A DNA stretch of 64,000 nt from an uncultured Desulfurococcales archaeon (GCA_964496855.1 CAZCAU010000001.1:62-64061), one strand, 5' to 3'; shown: positions 9,380-18,973, counted from the stretch's first letter. Program-made: numbers and translations. The notes: generated by a model from the letters alone, not told the origin.

Positions 9380-9811
9380 CTACTTGTTCTTTACACTAGC
9401 TTTCAAGAATTCACCTACTTTGGAATAGAAGTAGTTCAGTGCATACCCTATATTAGATAATGCTTCTCTTATATCCCTAGGACTAACTACTCCGAGAGCC
9501 AAGATGTACTTATCCGAGTTCTCATCGTATGACAGAGCCCACTTGTAGTTAAAAGGCAGTTTGCTATTCTCAATAAGCAATGCTAATAACTTATCACTTG
9601 CTGTAACCAGCTTGTCCTTCGAAAAGAGCGGGGATGACAGCATAAATATCATCGACAAAGGACTATTTTCACCGTTTTCCTGTATAATCATTGTTATTGA
9701 GAATTTTTCAAAACTAAATATGCTCATAAGCGTCTTCTTGTCCTCACTAACTCTAGATCTTAAGTCAAACCTAGTCTTAAGCTCTTCAGACAGCTTCTCT
9801 ATAAAGCTCAT
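9380..9811 (-). CDS. Hypothetical protein (143 aa)
   Basis: Uninterrupted ORF filling the gap after aspS. No motif I can name. Composition is coding-like. Confidence 0.4.
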   Translation of the reverse strand: MSFIEKLSEELKTRFDLRSRVSEDKKTLMSIFSFEKFSITMIIQENGENSPLSMIFMLSSPLFSKDKLVTASDKLLALLIENSKLPFNYKWALSYDENSDKYILALGVVSPRDIREALSNIGYALNYFYSKVGEFLKASVKNK

Positions 9812-9878
9812 TAAGCAACCACTAGATACAATTTATTACTAAGATACTAAATAAACTACTCTACTGTAGGAGAGCAGA

Positions 9879-10343
9879 TTGGTAATATCACTGGTAGATT
9901 TCATAGAGGGCTTCGTTGTAGCCAATATTGTGGGAGGACTAGTAGCTTCCACAATTATAGCCATCTACTCGTATATAGGAAGAGAAAATCCGTATTTATC
10001 GCTCTACGCGAAAAAGCTAAGTATCGACAACACTGCCAGCATACCATATCTCGGGCAGGGACCTTTGTGTTCTTGTAGAGATAGTTTCTTCTGTAGTTAT
10101 GTGAGGCAGGTAAAAGATGAGAATACTATCGAGCTCTTCGTAACACTATGCCCTCCATCATGTCTTCGTGTTAGGCTTTTTATTATGTCTTTAAACTTGT
10201 TATTAGGTATGTACTTTCTCTACAAGGACTATATGTACGCGATAGAGACTACCGAGCAACAGGCGTCTTATTTTCGTAAGACCGGGGTGGAAGTAAATGA
10301 GCGCTACAGGGACTATTTTGCTAGAGAAGAACGCGTTCTTTAA
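9879..10343 (+). CDS. Hypothetical small membrane/Cys-containing protein (doubtful ORF)
   Basis: 154 aa with a TTG start. One N-terminal hydrophobic helix and scattered Cys (CSC...C...CPPSC). Overlaps the Clp1-like start by 47 nt. It is the only ORF filling a gap of about 480 nt. Confidence 0.25.
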   Translation: MVISLVDFIEGFVVANIVGGLVASTIIAIYSYIGRENPYLSLYAKKLSIDNTASIPYLGQGPLCSCRDSFFCSYVRQVKDENTIELFVTLCPPSCLRVRLFIMSLNLLLGMYFLYKDYMYAIETTEQQASYFRKTGVEVNERYRDYFAREERVL

Positions 10344-11496
10344 GGCTAGGGGACCAGCAAAAATAATCATTAATAAAGGACATGCTTGTGTAATGGGGTT
10401 TGAAAAAGAGTCACCAGTAGAAATTATTGTACCAGCTGATAGAACCATTATAATCCGGGGTATCAGCGACAAAGTTGAGATAAAGAGTATCACAGGCTCA
10501 ATGAATAGTTTTTCAAAGATTGTAAGCCCTGATGAACAAGTAATTTTAGATAAATGGTTTAAGACGGCTACTCTGCTAGCTGAAGATAAACTAGATAGCA
10601 TCATAGTACTCGGCGAAACCGATAGCGGCAAATCAACTTTTCTATCATTACTAGCAAATACTATCCTGCAATTCAAGAAAGAAAACCCGTTAGTCTTCGA
10701 TACAGATATAGGACAAAGCGAGATAGCTTATCCTACAACTCTTGGATCAGGAATAGTCGGTAAAGACTATGGTTATCAATATGTTATGAACATTAGCAAT
10801 CATAAACTTGCATACATAGGCCATGTAACTCCCCAGCCAGTAGCAGAGAAGTACTTAGCACGCTTGGCTTTGCTAGAAAAACTATGGAGAAACAAGAAGA
10901 GAGGACCATTGTTAATAAATACTGATGGCTGGATATATGGAGAAGATGCTACCAGAATCAAGAAGGCTATTATAGAGATCTTAGGTGTTAAAGCAGCTGT
11001 CTTTATAAGAGGGTCCCGCGGCTTTAACAAAGAGCTCTTCGATTATTGTAGAAAAATATGTGACAGCGTTTACGTACTGGAACCGCCTCCCGAAATCAGG
11101 AAGAAGACAAGAGAGGAAAGAAAAGCGCATAGGAATAGGTTGTTTTATAGAATCTTCGCTGATGCAAGAGTACATGAGTTCAGTTTTGACGAAGTCAGTA
11201 TTCTAAACTCGAAGATATTAGGTAAAAGCATTGAGCAATACACTAATGCTGTACAAGCACAGAGATTTGCCAGAGGACTTAATAGAAGAGCTAAAGGCGT
11301 TCTAGTAGGATTATTATCCTCAAACTTGGAACTCTTATCTCTCGGCATTATAGAAGGTATTGATTACGAAAAGAGCATAGTCAGGATCAGATCGCCGATA
11401 AACACTAGTAATAGAGTAAAATACTTAGAGATAGGATATATAAGGCTAGGAGATAACTACGCTGAGCTAGAACGCTACACATCCCCGCCTATCTGA
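10297..11496 (+). CDS. Clp1/Grc3-family polynucleotide 5'-kinase
   Basis: 399 aa. P-loop GETDSGKSTF followed by the FDTDIGQSE (DxDxGQ) Clp1 motif. N-terminal beta-sandwich-like region before the kinase core. Confidence 0.7.
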   Translation: MSATGTILLEKNAFFKARGPAKIIINKGHACVMGFEKESPVEIIVPADRTIIIRGISDKVEIKSITGSMNSFSKIVSPDEQVILDKWFKTATLLAEDKLDSIIVLGETDSGKSTFLSLLANTILQFKKENPLVFDTDIGQSEIAYPTTLGSGIVGKDYGYQYVMNISNHKLAYIGHVTPQPVAEKYLARLALLEKLWRNKKRGPLLINTDGWIYGEDATRIKKAIIEILGVKAAVFIRGSRGFNKELFDYCRKICDSVYVLEPPPEIRKKTREERKAHRNRLFYRIFADARVHEFSFDEVSILNSKILGKSIEQYTNAVQAQRFARGLNRRAKGVLVGLLSSNLELLSLGIIEGIDYEKSIVRIRSPINTSNRVKYLEIGYIRLGDNYAELERYTSPPI

Positions 11497-11527
11497 AAAA
11501 TACTCTTATAATCAAGATAGTGTAGGA

Positions 11528-12250
11528 GTGATAACTTTGGTTCTAGTAATTGGTATAAACGGGTCTCCTCGAAAATACGGATACACTGTTCTCCTACTCA
11601 AGATAGCACTAGAGGCAGCGAGAAGAGAGGGGGCAGATGTAGAGCTAATAAACCTCTACGACTATCATATAGAGCCTTGCATAGGATGCGTATCAGATCA
11701 TCAAACAGCTTGTCGCGTACCATGTGTGATCAATGATGATATGAATAAATTGTATGAGTTAATAGAGAAAAGCAAGGGAATAATCATAGCAACACCTGTC
11801 TACTGGTTCTCAACTAGTGGTGTTGTGAAAAACTTTATCGATAGATTAACCGCTATGGAGAATATGATCTTCATCGAGGGAAGAAGCCGGTTAGAAGGAA
11901 AAGTAGCTGGTTTTATAGCTGTAGGTAATGATAGCGGAAGTATAATGACAACAGGGTATCTAGCATTAGTTTTAAACCAGATGGGGGTAGCCATTCCTCC
12001 GTGGGCGATGGCTTATTATAATTCTATGAAACCAGTTTACGAAAATAAGAACGTCTTACTAGACGCTGCTAACGTGGGACGCAACGTTGCACTAATGGCT
12101 CTCAAGGGATATGTAGAAGTATGGTATACTACGGAGATGCCGTGGCTCGACCCTTATGTAGAGCGTTTAAAAGAAGAACTTGAAGAAGAGAGAAAGAAGG
12201 AAATGAGAAAAAGAGAAGAATTGTTTAAGCTAGAGTACGAGCGTGCATGA
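11528..12250 (+). CDS. Iron-sulfur flavoprotein / NADPH-dependent FMN reductase family
   Basis: 240 aa. Flavodoxin-like INGSPRKYGYT ... IIATPVYWFSTSGVVKNFIDR. Compact Cys motif CIGCVSDHQTACRVPC (CX2CX7CX3C), as in Isf proteins. Confidence 0.7.
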   Translation: MITLVLVIGINGSPRKYGYTVLLLKIALEAARREGADVELINLYDYHIEPCIGCVSDHQTACRVPCVINDDMNKLYELIEKSKGIIIATPVYWFSTSGVVKNFIDRLTAMENMIFIEGRSRLEGKVAGFIAVGNDSGSIMTTGYLALVLNQMGVAIPPWAMAYYNSMKPVYENKNVLLDAANVGRNVALMALKGYVEVWYTTEMPWLDPYVERLKEELEEERKKEMRKREELFKLEYERA

Positions 12251-13154
12251 CTATATGCCTGTAATAGCAGTAATCCTAGCAGGAGGAAAAAGCCGTAGAT
12301 TCAGAAGTAATAAGTATCTGTACCCAGTCGACGGGATACCTACTATTTGTAGAGTATTGACAGCTATAACCTCAACTCCCTCCGTAGGAGAAGTATGGTT
12401 GTCTGTAAATAGCAGAGAACAGGGATTGCTATATATTGAGGAATGCAGGAAAAGTAGCGATGAAATAGTTATCATAGAAGATGATGAAGGAATAGCATGT
12501 GAGGGGCCCGCTAGAGGTGTTGCAACAGTACTCACTGAGTCCTCTCATAGAATGCTCCCCGAATTATTATTTTTGCCAGGAGACACGCCATGGATAAAAC
12601 CATCTATTCTTACCAAGTTTATAGAAGAGAGCCGTTATAACCATGTTGATGCCGCATCTATATGGTGGAAAGAGGGAGTATTAGAAAACATATTTCTATA
12701 CGTTAGGGTTCCTGGAGGAATAACAACACAGTACTTGGATTTATGCGAGATTAAGAGAAGACATGCAAGAGTAACAGACATACTACGTCTAGTTGACAGA
12801 GTATTATTAGTGCCGGGAGAAAAACTGGGTGACCCTACAAGTCTAGCCAGCATCAATACGCTTAGCGATAGAGATAAACCATCTATAAAAGGGAGTCCAG
12901 GCGCAGAAACAAAGATAATAGACTGGGGCCCAGGAGGTGCTCCACTCTTAATGGTACTTGACATGTTGCGTAAAGGAGATTTACCTAGAGCATACAAGTA
13001 CTTGATAAAAGAATCTAAAACATGGCTTAGTAAGGGGGTCAGACACCTAGCATATCATGCTGCTGTAGACGCTATAATAATTAGCAAGAATACCGACATC
13101 AATGCTTTAGAGGCCAACATGTTGGCTGATAAGACTAGACCTCAAAAAGAATAA
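12243..13154 (+). CDS. MobA-like nucleotidyltransferase with C-terminal extension
   Basis: 303 aa. N-terminal AVILAGGKSRRF NTP-transferase motif. About 100 extra C-terminal residues relative to typical MobA. 8-nt overlap with the preceding flavoprotein gene. Confidence 0.6.
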   Translation: MHDYMPVIAVILAGGKSRRFRSNKYLYPVDGIPTICRVLTAITSTPSVGEVWLSVNSREQGLLYIEECRKSSDEIVIIEDDEGIACEGPARGVATVLTESSHRMLPELLFLPGDTPWIKPSILTKFIEESRYNHVDAASIWWKEGVLENIFLYVRVPGGITTQYLDLCEIKRRHARVTDILRLVDRVLLVPGEKLGDPTSLASINTLSDRDKPSIKGSPGAETKIIDWGPGGAPLLMVLDMLRKGDLPRAYKYLIKESKTWLSKGVRHLAYHAAVDAIIISKNTDINALEANMLADKTRPQKE

Positions 13155-13161
13155 CTAGTAC

Positions 13162-13656
13162 TTATATTTCGTCAACTGTGAGAATGTACTTGTTACAAAA
13201 ACTACGAGGACCACGTTCTACAATTATCTTTATAAGACTCAAAAGAGCTTTTGGCCTAAAATTACCGACTAGCTCGTCTATCCTTTTCCATTCGAACAAG
13301 AGACCAGGAATTTTAGCAAAGTTTGGTTCGCCTCTTATGCGGCAGTTATAGTAGAACATTATTTCGTGATATAATTTACCTCTACGCCAGAAGAAGTTCT
13401 CGTTAATGAAAGCAAGGCCTAGGATATCTACGTCTACTCCGAGTTCTTCTATCATTTCTCTTCTAACACATTGTTCTAAGGTTTCAAATCCCTCTAGCCT
13501 GCCCCCTGGTAATCTGTAATAATCCTCGCCCTCAGCTTTCTGAACCAGAATACGGCCTTTCCTACAAATTATACATCGAGAGCCAACTCTAAATACAGGG
13601 CCTCGGCCCCGTTCTCTACCCAGCTTCTCTAGTCTCTCTAGACTTCGGCTACCCAT
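13162..13656 (-). CDS. NUDIX hydrolase
   Basis: 164 aa. Complete Nudix box GRLEGFETLEQCVRREMIEELGV (GX5EX7REUXEEXGU). Confidence 0.85.
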   Translation of the reverse strand: MGSRSLERLEKLGRERGRGPVFRVGSRCIICRKGRILVQKAEGEDYYRLPGGRLEGFETLEQCVRREMIEELGVDVDILGLAFINENFFWRRGKLYHEIMFYYNCRIRGEPNFAKIPGLLFEWKRIDELVGNFRPKALLSLIKIIVERGPRSFCNKYILTVDEI

Positions 13657-13716
13657 GTCTACATCATTCCTTTCTCGTTACTAATTTAGTTAGCAATGTA
13701 GATAAAAACCACAATA

Positions 13717-15792
13717 TTATAAAAGAGGTTTTCTCGAGTAGTAAGATGGTTTCTCTCCAGTCCATTCTTTCACAAATTTATCGAAATCAGTTTCACCACC
13801 ACGCAGTACCTGGATAAGAAGCACTGCTAATATGCCAACTAGTAGGCCAGCTATAAATGATATTGCATGCTTACTTATAGACTGCTGGGCACCAGCTTGC
13901 GGGGCAGTGGTGGTCTGATTAGTTATAGGTGATGGTGTTGACGTAACATTGTATAGCCATGGCTGTGTCTGGGTAGACATCGCTAATAGAAGCAATATGT
14001 TAGCATAACCTGCTGCAAGCTCGTAGAAGTATATTTTCTCGAGCCAGTCTCTTTGTATATCGCCAAACTCCATATAGCTAAGCGGGATGAATGGATCGAT
14101 ATTCTCTTCTGACAACCTATTTATATGTATCTCTAAAATACTCCTAGTAGCATTAGCAGTGAGTTCTACATCGGTGTGGAAGCCTTGATGAATAGCAACT
14201 ATGCCGTTAACAATAGAATTCAGGCTGTAAGCTATACATCCATAATAATTGTATTTATCATAAGCTTCCCTAGCCTTGTTGTAATAATAGCTAGCTTCGT
14301 CTAAGTAGGCGCTCCTAACATTAAGGTACTCGTACAGGCTAGAAGAGTATGCGAGTACGCTCTCAGCATTATTCACAAGAATTCTAGCTACACGAGCAAT
14401 AATATCCTGATAAAGCGAGATCTCGCCCTCAACTTTTAGCTTATACCATGTCTGAGAAGTATAAACTCTTAGTTTACTATACGCTAGCCAGTGCAGTGCG
14501 CCCCACGTATCACCAGTATCTATGAGGACTCCTTTCTTCAATAACTCCTTATATTTCGCTAAGGCATCTACAGCTCTCTCAAGCCTTATTAGCGTTGCAA
14601 CATACTTCTCAAACTCTTCTACTGTCTTAGGCTTATTTGTCTCAAGAAGCTTCCTTACATTATTAATAGTACTATTGACATCTGTCTCCCATTCTTTTAA
14701 TAAGAGCGTATAATCATTTTTGAATGATGCAATAGCGGCTACATAATATGCGTACTCCGCTAACACAGCTGCCTGGAATGCATAACTCGAAGCAGAGTAT
14801 ATCTTCTGCTCAGTGAATAATTCTCTCGCTGTATCAAGCGTTACATTTACTTGGGAGAAAAGCGAGGTTATATATGCCTTAACCTGTTGCGATACATCGC
14901 TTTTTGCTAGAACACTCTTTGTCTCAAGCATTCTCTCGTTGGCTAGGGTCTTCAACTCTTTATACCAGGTAGCAACTTCTGATACATACTTAGACACCAC
15001 TGGTTTAGGTGTCACGTATGGGTATCTGAGATCTACACCAGTGAAATACTTATAGGCTTGGAAGATGTCTGCTACTTCGAACACGTTTATACCAAGCTCT
15101 TTACCCTTCTTTACAAGGTCTACAGTGATTGTCTTAGTAATCACTATTATTGTTGACCCCTCTTGTCTCTTCTCTACAACTTCTTGTTGCACGTATCTCT
15201 GGCCCAGAGGTACGAGAAATGTTGTGAAATTCCCAGACTCGGCGACGGCTTCAAGCTTATGGGTTAAACCACCTACAGGACCTATTGTGCCATCAGGGTT
15301 TATCATACCTGTTATAGCTACGTCTCTCCTAATACTATCTCCCCTCAATGCGGCTAGAGTAGCTATAGTCATTGCTGCACCAGCACTCGGACCGCCAACA
15401 ATGATAGATCCAGACTCGAGAGAGAAGTAGTAGTCGTACATGAAGGGATTTATACCCAGTACGCTTGACGCAACTAGGACAGCAGTTCTTGCTGCTGCTT
15501 GTGTATCGAGCTCGCTGAGAGGATCTACAGATATGTACATCCTTCCTTTTCCAGGATAAGAAACTGTAACGCTTAGTGTACCCATAACACCTTTCTCGCC
15601 TTTAGGTGTCGAAGCAACAGCTACTACAGGTATTGTTACCTCCCGACGCCACGGTTGTGCTTGGGGCTGACTAGAAGCCACAGGTTGAACGAGTTGTAGC
15701 AGAATCAATAATACAAGGAGCAGTGATGCATAACCAACATGCTTAGTGCTACCTCGAGCAAACAAGCTTATAGTCAAGGCGATTACCAGCAC
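13717..15792 (-). CDS. Membrane-anchored S16 (Lon-type) serine protease lacking an ATPase module, with large helical C-terminal domain
   Basis: 691 aa. N-terminal hydrophobic signal/anchor. Lon proteolytic-domain motifs GPSAGAAMTIATLAAL (Ser) and GGLTHKLEAV (Lys). About 430 aa of helical sequence follows, then a Thr/Pro/Gln linker, one C-terminal TM helix and a basic tail. Confidence 0.7.
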   Translation of the reverse strand: MLVIALTISLFARGSTKHVGYASLLLVLLILLQLVQPVASSQPQAQPWRREVTIPVVAVASTPKGEKGVMGTLSVTVSYPGKGRMYISVDPLSELDTQAAARTAVLVASSVLGINPFMYDYYFSLESGSIIVGGPSAGAAMTIATLAALRGDSIRRDVAITGMINPDGTIGPVGGLTHKLEAVAESGNFTTFLVPLGQRYVQQEVVEKRQEGSTIIVITKTITVDLVKKGKELGINVFEVADIFQAYKYFTGVDLRYPYVTPKPVVSKYVSEVATWYKELKTLANERMLETKSVLAKSDVSQQVKAYITSLFSQVNVTLDTARELFTEQKIYSASSYAFQAAVLAEYAYYVAAIASFKNDYTLLLKEWETDVNSTINNVRKLLETNKPKTVEEFEKYVATLIRLERAVDALAKYKELLKKGVLIDTGDTWGALHWLAYSKLRVYTSQTWYKLKVEGEISLYQDIIARVARILVNNAESVLAYSSSLYEYLNVRSAYLDEASYYYNKAREAYDKYNYYGCIAYSLNSIVNGIVAIHQGFHTDVELTANATRSILEIHINRLSEENIDPFIPLSYMEFGDIQRDWLEKIYFYELAAGYANILLLLAMSTQTQPWLYNVTSTPSPITNQTTTAPQAGAQQSISKHAISFIAGLLVGILAVLLIQVLRGGETDFDKFVKEWTGEKPSYYSRKPLL

Positions 15793-15906
15793 CTCAGCTT
15801 TTACACAGTTTTCTTATTACTTGATCATTCTTTAAAGTTTTTAAGCTACCTAAGATCAAGTCTATTGATTGTGGAAAAAGACTCTACTATAACTACAAGT
15901 GCTCTA

Positions 15907-16770
15907 ATGGGCTTCCGCATGGCAAACACGGAAGACAATAGTAGTAAGATAAGAATACTAAACACGGTATCACTAAGTAAGTATACTGTAAAGACACCGC
16001 CAATAATAAGCCCTGATACACCATTACTCGAAGTAGCTAAAACAATGAATAAAGAAAACACAACACATGTACTAATAGGTTACTCTATAGATGAAATTGA
16101 AGGAGTAATATCGTTACGCAGACTCTTAAGTCTCATTGTCAAAGAACCTGATGCGTTTCCTGTATTAGAAGCTAGGGTGTTCAGTGGTGTAAAGCCAGTA
16201 GAAGTTAATGTGAATAAGAGCCTCGTGAATGCTACAAGAACTATGATTGAAAATAACGTGTTCTTCCTACTAGTAGTAGATGACAATAAGAGAAGAGTAG
16301 GCTCTGTTTTTGAACGTGACATACTCAGAGGGATTTCTGAAAATATCAGGATAGATACAAGGATAGAAGAGCATATGGAGAAGTTCTATCCATGCCTTGC
16401 GGAGGGAAGTAATGTTAGAGACGCATTGATAGCTATGAGCAAGGCTAGAGACAGGTACTTGTCATTGCCTATAATACGAAAGACTGCTAACGGACGAATA
16501 GACGTCATAGGAGTATTCTCTGCAATAAAGGTCCTCAGCATGCTGGTAAGCACAAGCTCGGATAAGATAAGCGAGATACTGAATTATAATGTATCGGAAG
16601 CCAGTTATGCTGATGTTATTACCGTGCATCCAGGTCTTACAAGCAATGCAGCATTAGATCTACTCTTGAAGTATAACTTGAGATTATTAATTATCCACGA
16701 CGAGAAAGAGGCGCGAGGCGTCGTAACTCCGAGGGCTTTTCTAAGAGCTATACACTCTAATACTAAATAG
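15907..16770 (+). CDS. CBS-domain protein (tandem CBS pairs)
   Basis: The ORF track starts at 15739, but that start would overlap the divergent protease gene. The ATG at 15907 (MGFRMANTED) is more plausible. Repeated CBS-like segments are present (VKTPPIISPDTPLLEVAKTM..., VEVNVNKSLVNATRTMIENN..., etc.). Confidence 0.75.
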   Translation: MGFRMANTEDNSSKIRILNTVSLSKYTVKTPPIISPDTPLLEVAKTMNKENTTHVLIGYSIDEIEGVISLRRLLSLIVKEPDAFPVLEARVFSGVKPVEVNVNKSLVNATRTMIENNVFFLLVVDDNKRRVGSVFERDILRGISENIRIDTRIEEHMEKFYPCLAEGSNVRDALIAMSKARDRYLSLPIIRKTANGRIDVIGVFSAIKVLSMLVSTSSDKISEILNYNVSEASYADVITVHPGLTSNAALDLLLKYNLRLLIIHDEKEARGVVTPRAFLRAIHSNTK

Positions 16771-16898
16771 AGAGGTTGCAGCGGTCCGCAAGGAGAAAAG
16801 ACTCTACATCTACGAGCAAGTTTCTGCAGACCGTCGTGTCTTCATCCCGCTCTATTAATTAGAGAGCCCAAACCAATTAATATTATGTTATGATCATC

Positions 16899-18035
16899 CT
16901 AACCAATGCTTAGAAGTTCTTGGTATCTAATAAGCAACTTGTCCAGGAATCTTAGCCTCTTAGGTATTGGTGGGTGAGTAGAAAACACTTCTATGACACT
17001 ATTAGTCTTCTCACGCTTTAGACACTCCACCACTTCATCGATATCTCTTACGTATCTAGGCAAGCCAGTGTGAGAATTATGAAATCTTGAACCGTATAGA
17101 TCGATTAAGTAATTCACTATGAACAACATAGCAACAGTTTTTCGCGACTCCAACTCGCCTCTTAACTTGTCGTTACTAGTATATGCTAAGTGTAGCCTTG
17201 CTAATGCTCTCTGTAGTAGCTTAGGATTGCGCGTCACTAGCGCGGAATTAGCATCTGCATAGTACTCTCTTAGTCTATTGAAGTGTGTTACGACGAAATG
17301 TAGGAGAAAACCCGTTACAAGTAGTACTGCACCCAACGCTATATAGACTAGTGTGGAGTTTTCTCCCTCGCGTCTACTTCTACCCGGAAATCCTCCCCAT
17401 AACGACCAGTAGACAAGTGTTCTGCCGAGGAAGTAGACGGCTGTAGGTAACAGACTAAGAGCTAGGATCATGGGTACATCTTTATGCTTTAAATGTCCTA
17501 GCTCGTGTCCTATCACAGCCTTTACCTCTTCTGGCGGTAATAGCTCTAGCAGACCCTTTGTAACAGCAATATAATTGCCTGTAAGCGGTGATCCGTAGGC
17601 AAAGGCATTAGGCATTTTAGTATCCACAATGACTAATTTTGGCATAGATTTCAATCCCGAGGACTCTGCCAGTTTTTTAACCTCTGTTTCAAGCCATTCA
17701 TAGCTTCGACTAATAGGTCTGGCTCCATATACAGAGTTTATTATGTAAGGGCTCAAAAGCCATTGAAGTACTAAGAATATCGTTATTGCGACTACTACGA
17801 AGCCTAAGCTTATAGATGTACCTAAATAGTAGAATACAAGATATAGTATACCTACCGATACAAGAAGCGTGGCTATAGCAGAGCCCAGCATTGATGCTCT
17901 TAACGCCCACAAACTCCTAGGCTCACCTGATACAAGTCGCGGAGCTAGTAATGCTAGGAACCCCACCACTAGTGCTACTACTAACCCCTCAATCAAGTAT
18001 ACCATGTACCATGGTAACCAGAGCATAGGGTACAA
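16899..18035 (-). CDS. htpX: M48-family zinc metalloprotease HtpX
   Basis: 378 aa. HELGHLKH (HExxH) motif. Multiple TM helices. TTG start at 18035, with an alternative ATG at 18026. Confidence 0.85.
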   Translation of the reverse strand: MYPMLWLPWYMVYLIEGLVVALVVGFLALLAPRLVSGEPRSLWALRASMLGSAIATLLVSVGILYLVFYYLGTSISLGFVVVAITIFLVLQWLLSPYIINSVYGARPISRSYEWLETEVKKLAESSGLKSMPKLVIVDTKMPNAFAYGSPLTGNYIAVTKGLLELLPPEEVKAVIGHELGHLKHKDVPMILALSLLPTAVYFLGRTLVYWSLWGGFPGRSRREGENSTLVYIALGAVLLVTGFLLHFVVTHFNRLREYYADANSALVTRNPKLLQRALARLHLAYTSNDKLRGELESRKTVAMLFIVNYLIDLYGSRFHNSHTGLPRYVRDIDEVVECLKREKTNSVIEVFSTHPPIPKRLRFLDKLLIRYQELLSIG

Positions 18036-18188
18036 TTCCCTTTCTTTATAGTTCTAGGAGGGAGGTTATTAAGTCTATTTACCTTAGGAGCATTTTTCAA
18101 GCGTTAATTTTATAAGTATGGTTAAACAATAAATATTAATGATACTAATATACTTGGTTAAAATATCTAATCCTATGTGTGAGAAATA

Positions 18189-18902
18189 TTGAAGAATAAA
18201 GCAGGTACTATAAATCACGAGTTAAAAAATAATTATGCTAGTAGTAATAATATTAATGTTGCCGATATCTACCTAGAGGCTATTTATAGGCTTCAAGAAG
18301 CATACAGCATTGCTAGGACATCTATGATAGCTAAAGAAATAGGTGTAAAGCCAGGAACCGTGACTAAGATGTTAACTAAGCTTGTGAGAGAAGGATTAAT
18401 AGAGCATAGTCCCAGAGAAGGTATCACTCTTAGCAAACTAGGCTACTATAGGGCTACACAGCTTGTTAGAAAACAGAGGATACTAGAGACATATCTACAT
18501 AGCAGAGAGAAAATAGATCCTTATGATGCCTGTATAAAATCTAGAAAAATGATATTAGAGGTTCCCAGCTATCTTCTAGACAAGATAGACGCAAGCCTAG
18601 GATACCCTAGTACGTGTCCACATGGCAACCCTATTCCAGGTAGGCATAGTAGGATTAAGGACTCTATCTCTCTATTAAGTGTAAAGCCTGGAGAAACGTA
18701 TAAGATAGTACGTATAAAGGGCATTCCCCGTTTCTGTATAGGCTTCTTAAAAGAAAACAGCTTATATGTAGGATTTAGACTCTACGTGAATTACGTTGGA
18801 AGAGGTCATGTCGAAGCAGATACCTATTTAGGTGATGTATTAAAGAGAAAACAATTACAGATACCTCACCATGTAGCGAACATCATAATGGTGGAAGCCT
18901 AG
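18189..18902 (+). CDS. DtxR/IdeR/MntR-family metal-dependent transcriptional repressor with C-terminal FeoA/SH3-like domain
   Basis: 237 aa. wHTH ARTSMIAKEIGVKPGTVTKMLTKLVREGLIEH. Metal/dimerisation region with His/Cys (CPHGNPIPG). C-terminal VKPGETYKIVRIKG SH3-like domain. TTG start with an Asn-rich 20-aa leader. Confidence 0.8.
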   Translation: MKNKAGTINHELKNNYASSNNINVADIYLEAIYRLQEAYSIARTSMIAKEIGVKPGTVTKMLTKLVREGLIEHSPREGITLSKLGYYRATQLVRKQRILETYLHSREKIDPYDACIKSRKMILEVPSYLLDKIDASLGYPSTCPHGNPIPGRHSRIKDSISLLSVKPGETYKIVRIKGIPRFCIGFLKENSLYVGFRLYVNYVGRGHVEADTYLGDVLKRKQLQIPHHVANIIMVEA

Positions 18903-18973
18903 CGGAAAACGTTAAACTAATAGACTATTAATTATGCTCTGAATAAGGGATAATACTAAAAAGACCTGGTGCT

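Noticed and set aside
16771-16898. GC-enriched (about 53% versus about 40%) 128-nt spacer between the convergent CBS and htpX genes; considered as a small structured RNA or tRNA fragment.
   Set aside because: No tRNA T-loop/D-loop features, no C/D or H/ACA boxes, and only short helices (e.g. GCTCT/AGAGC at 16849-16867, CGGTC/GACCG). The evidence is insufficient. It may contain terminators for both genes.
18118-18161. Direct repeat TGGTTAAA (x2, 36 nt apart) upstream of the DtxR-family gene.
   Set aside because: These are short AT-rich 8-mers, and the second copy overlaps the likely TATA element. The pattern cannot be distinguished from chance without comparative data.
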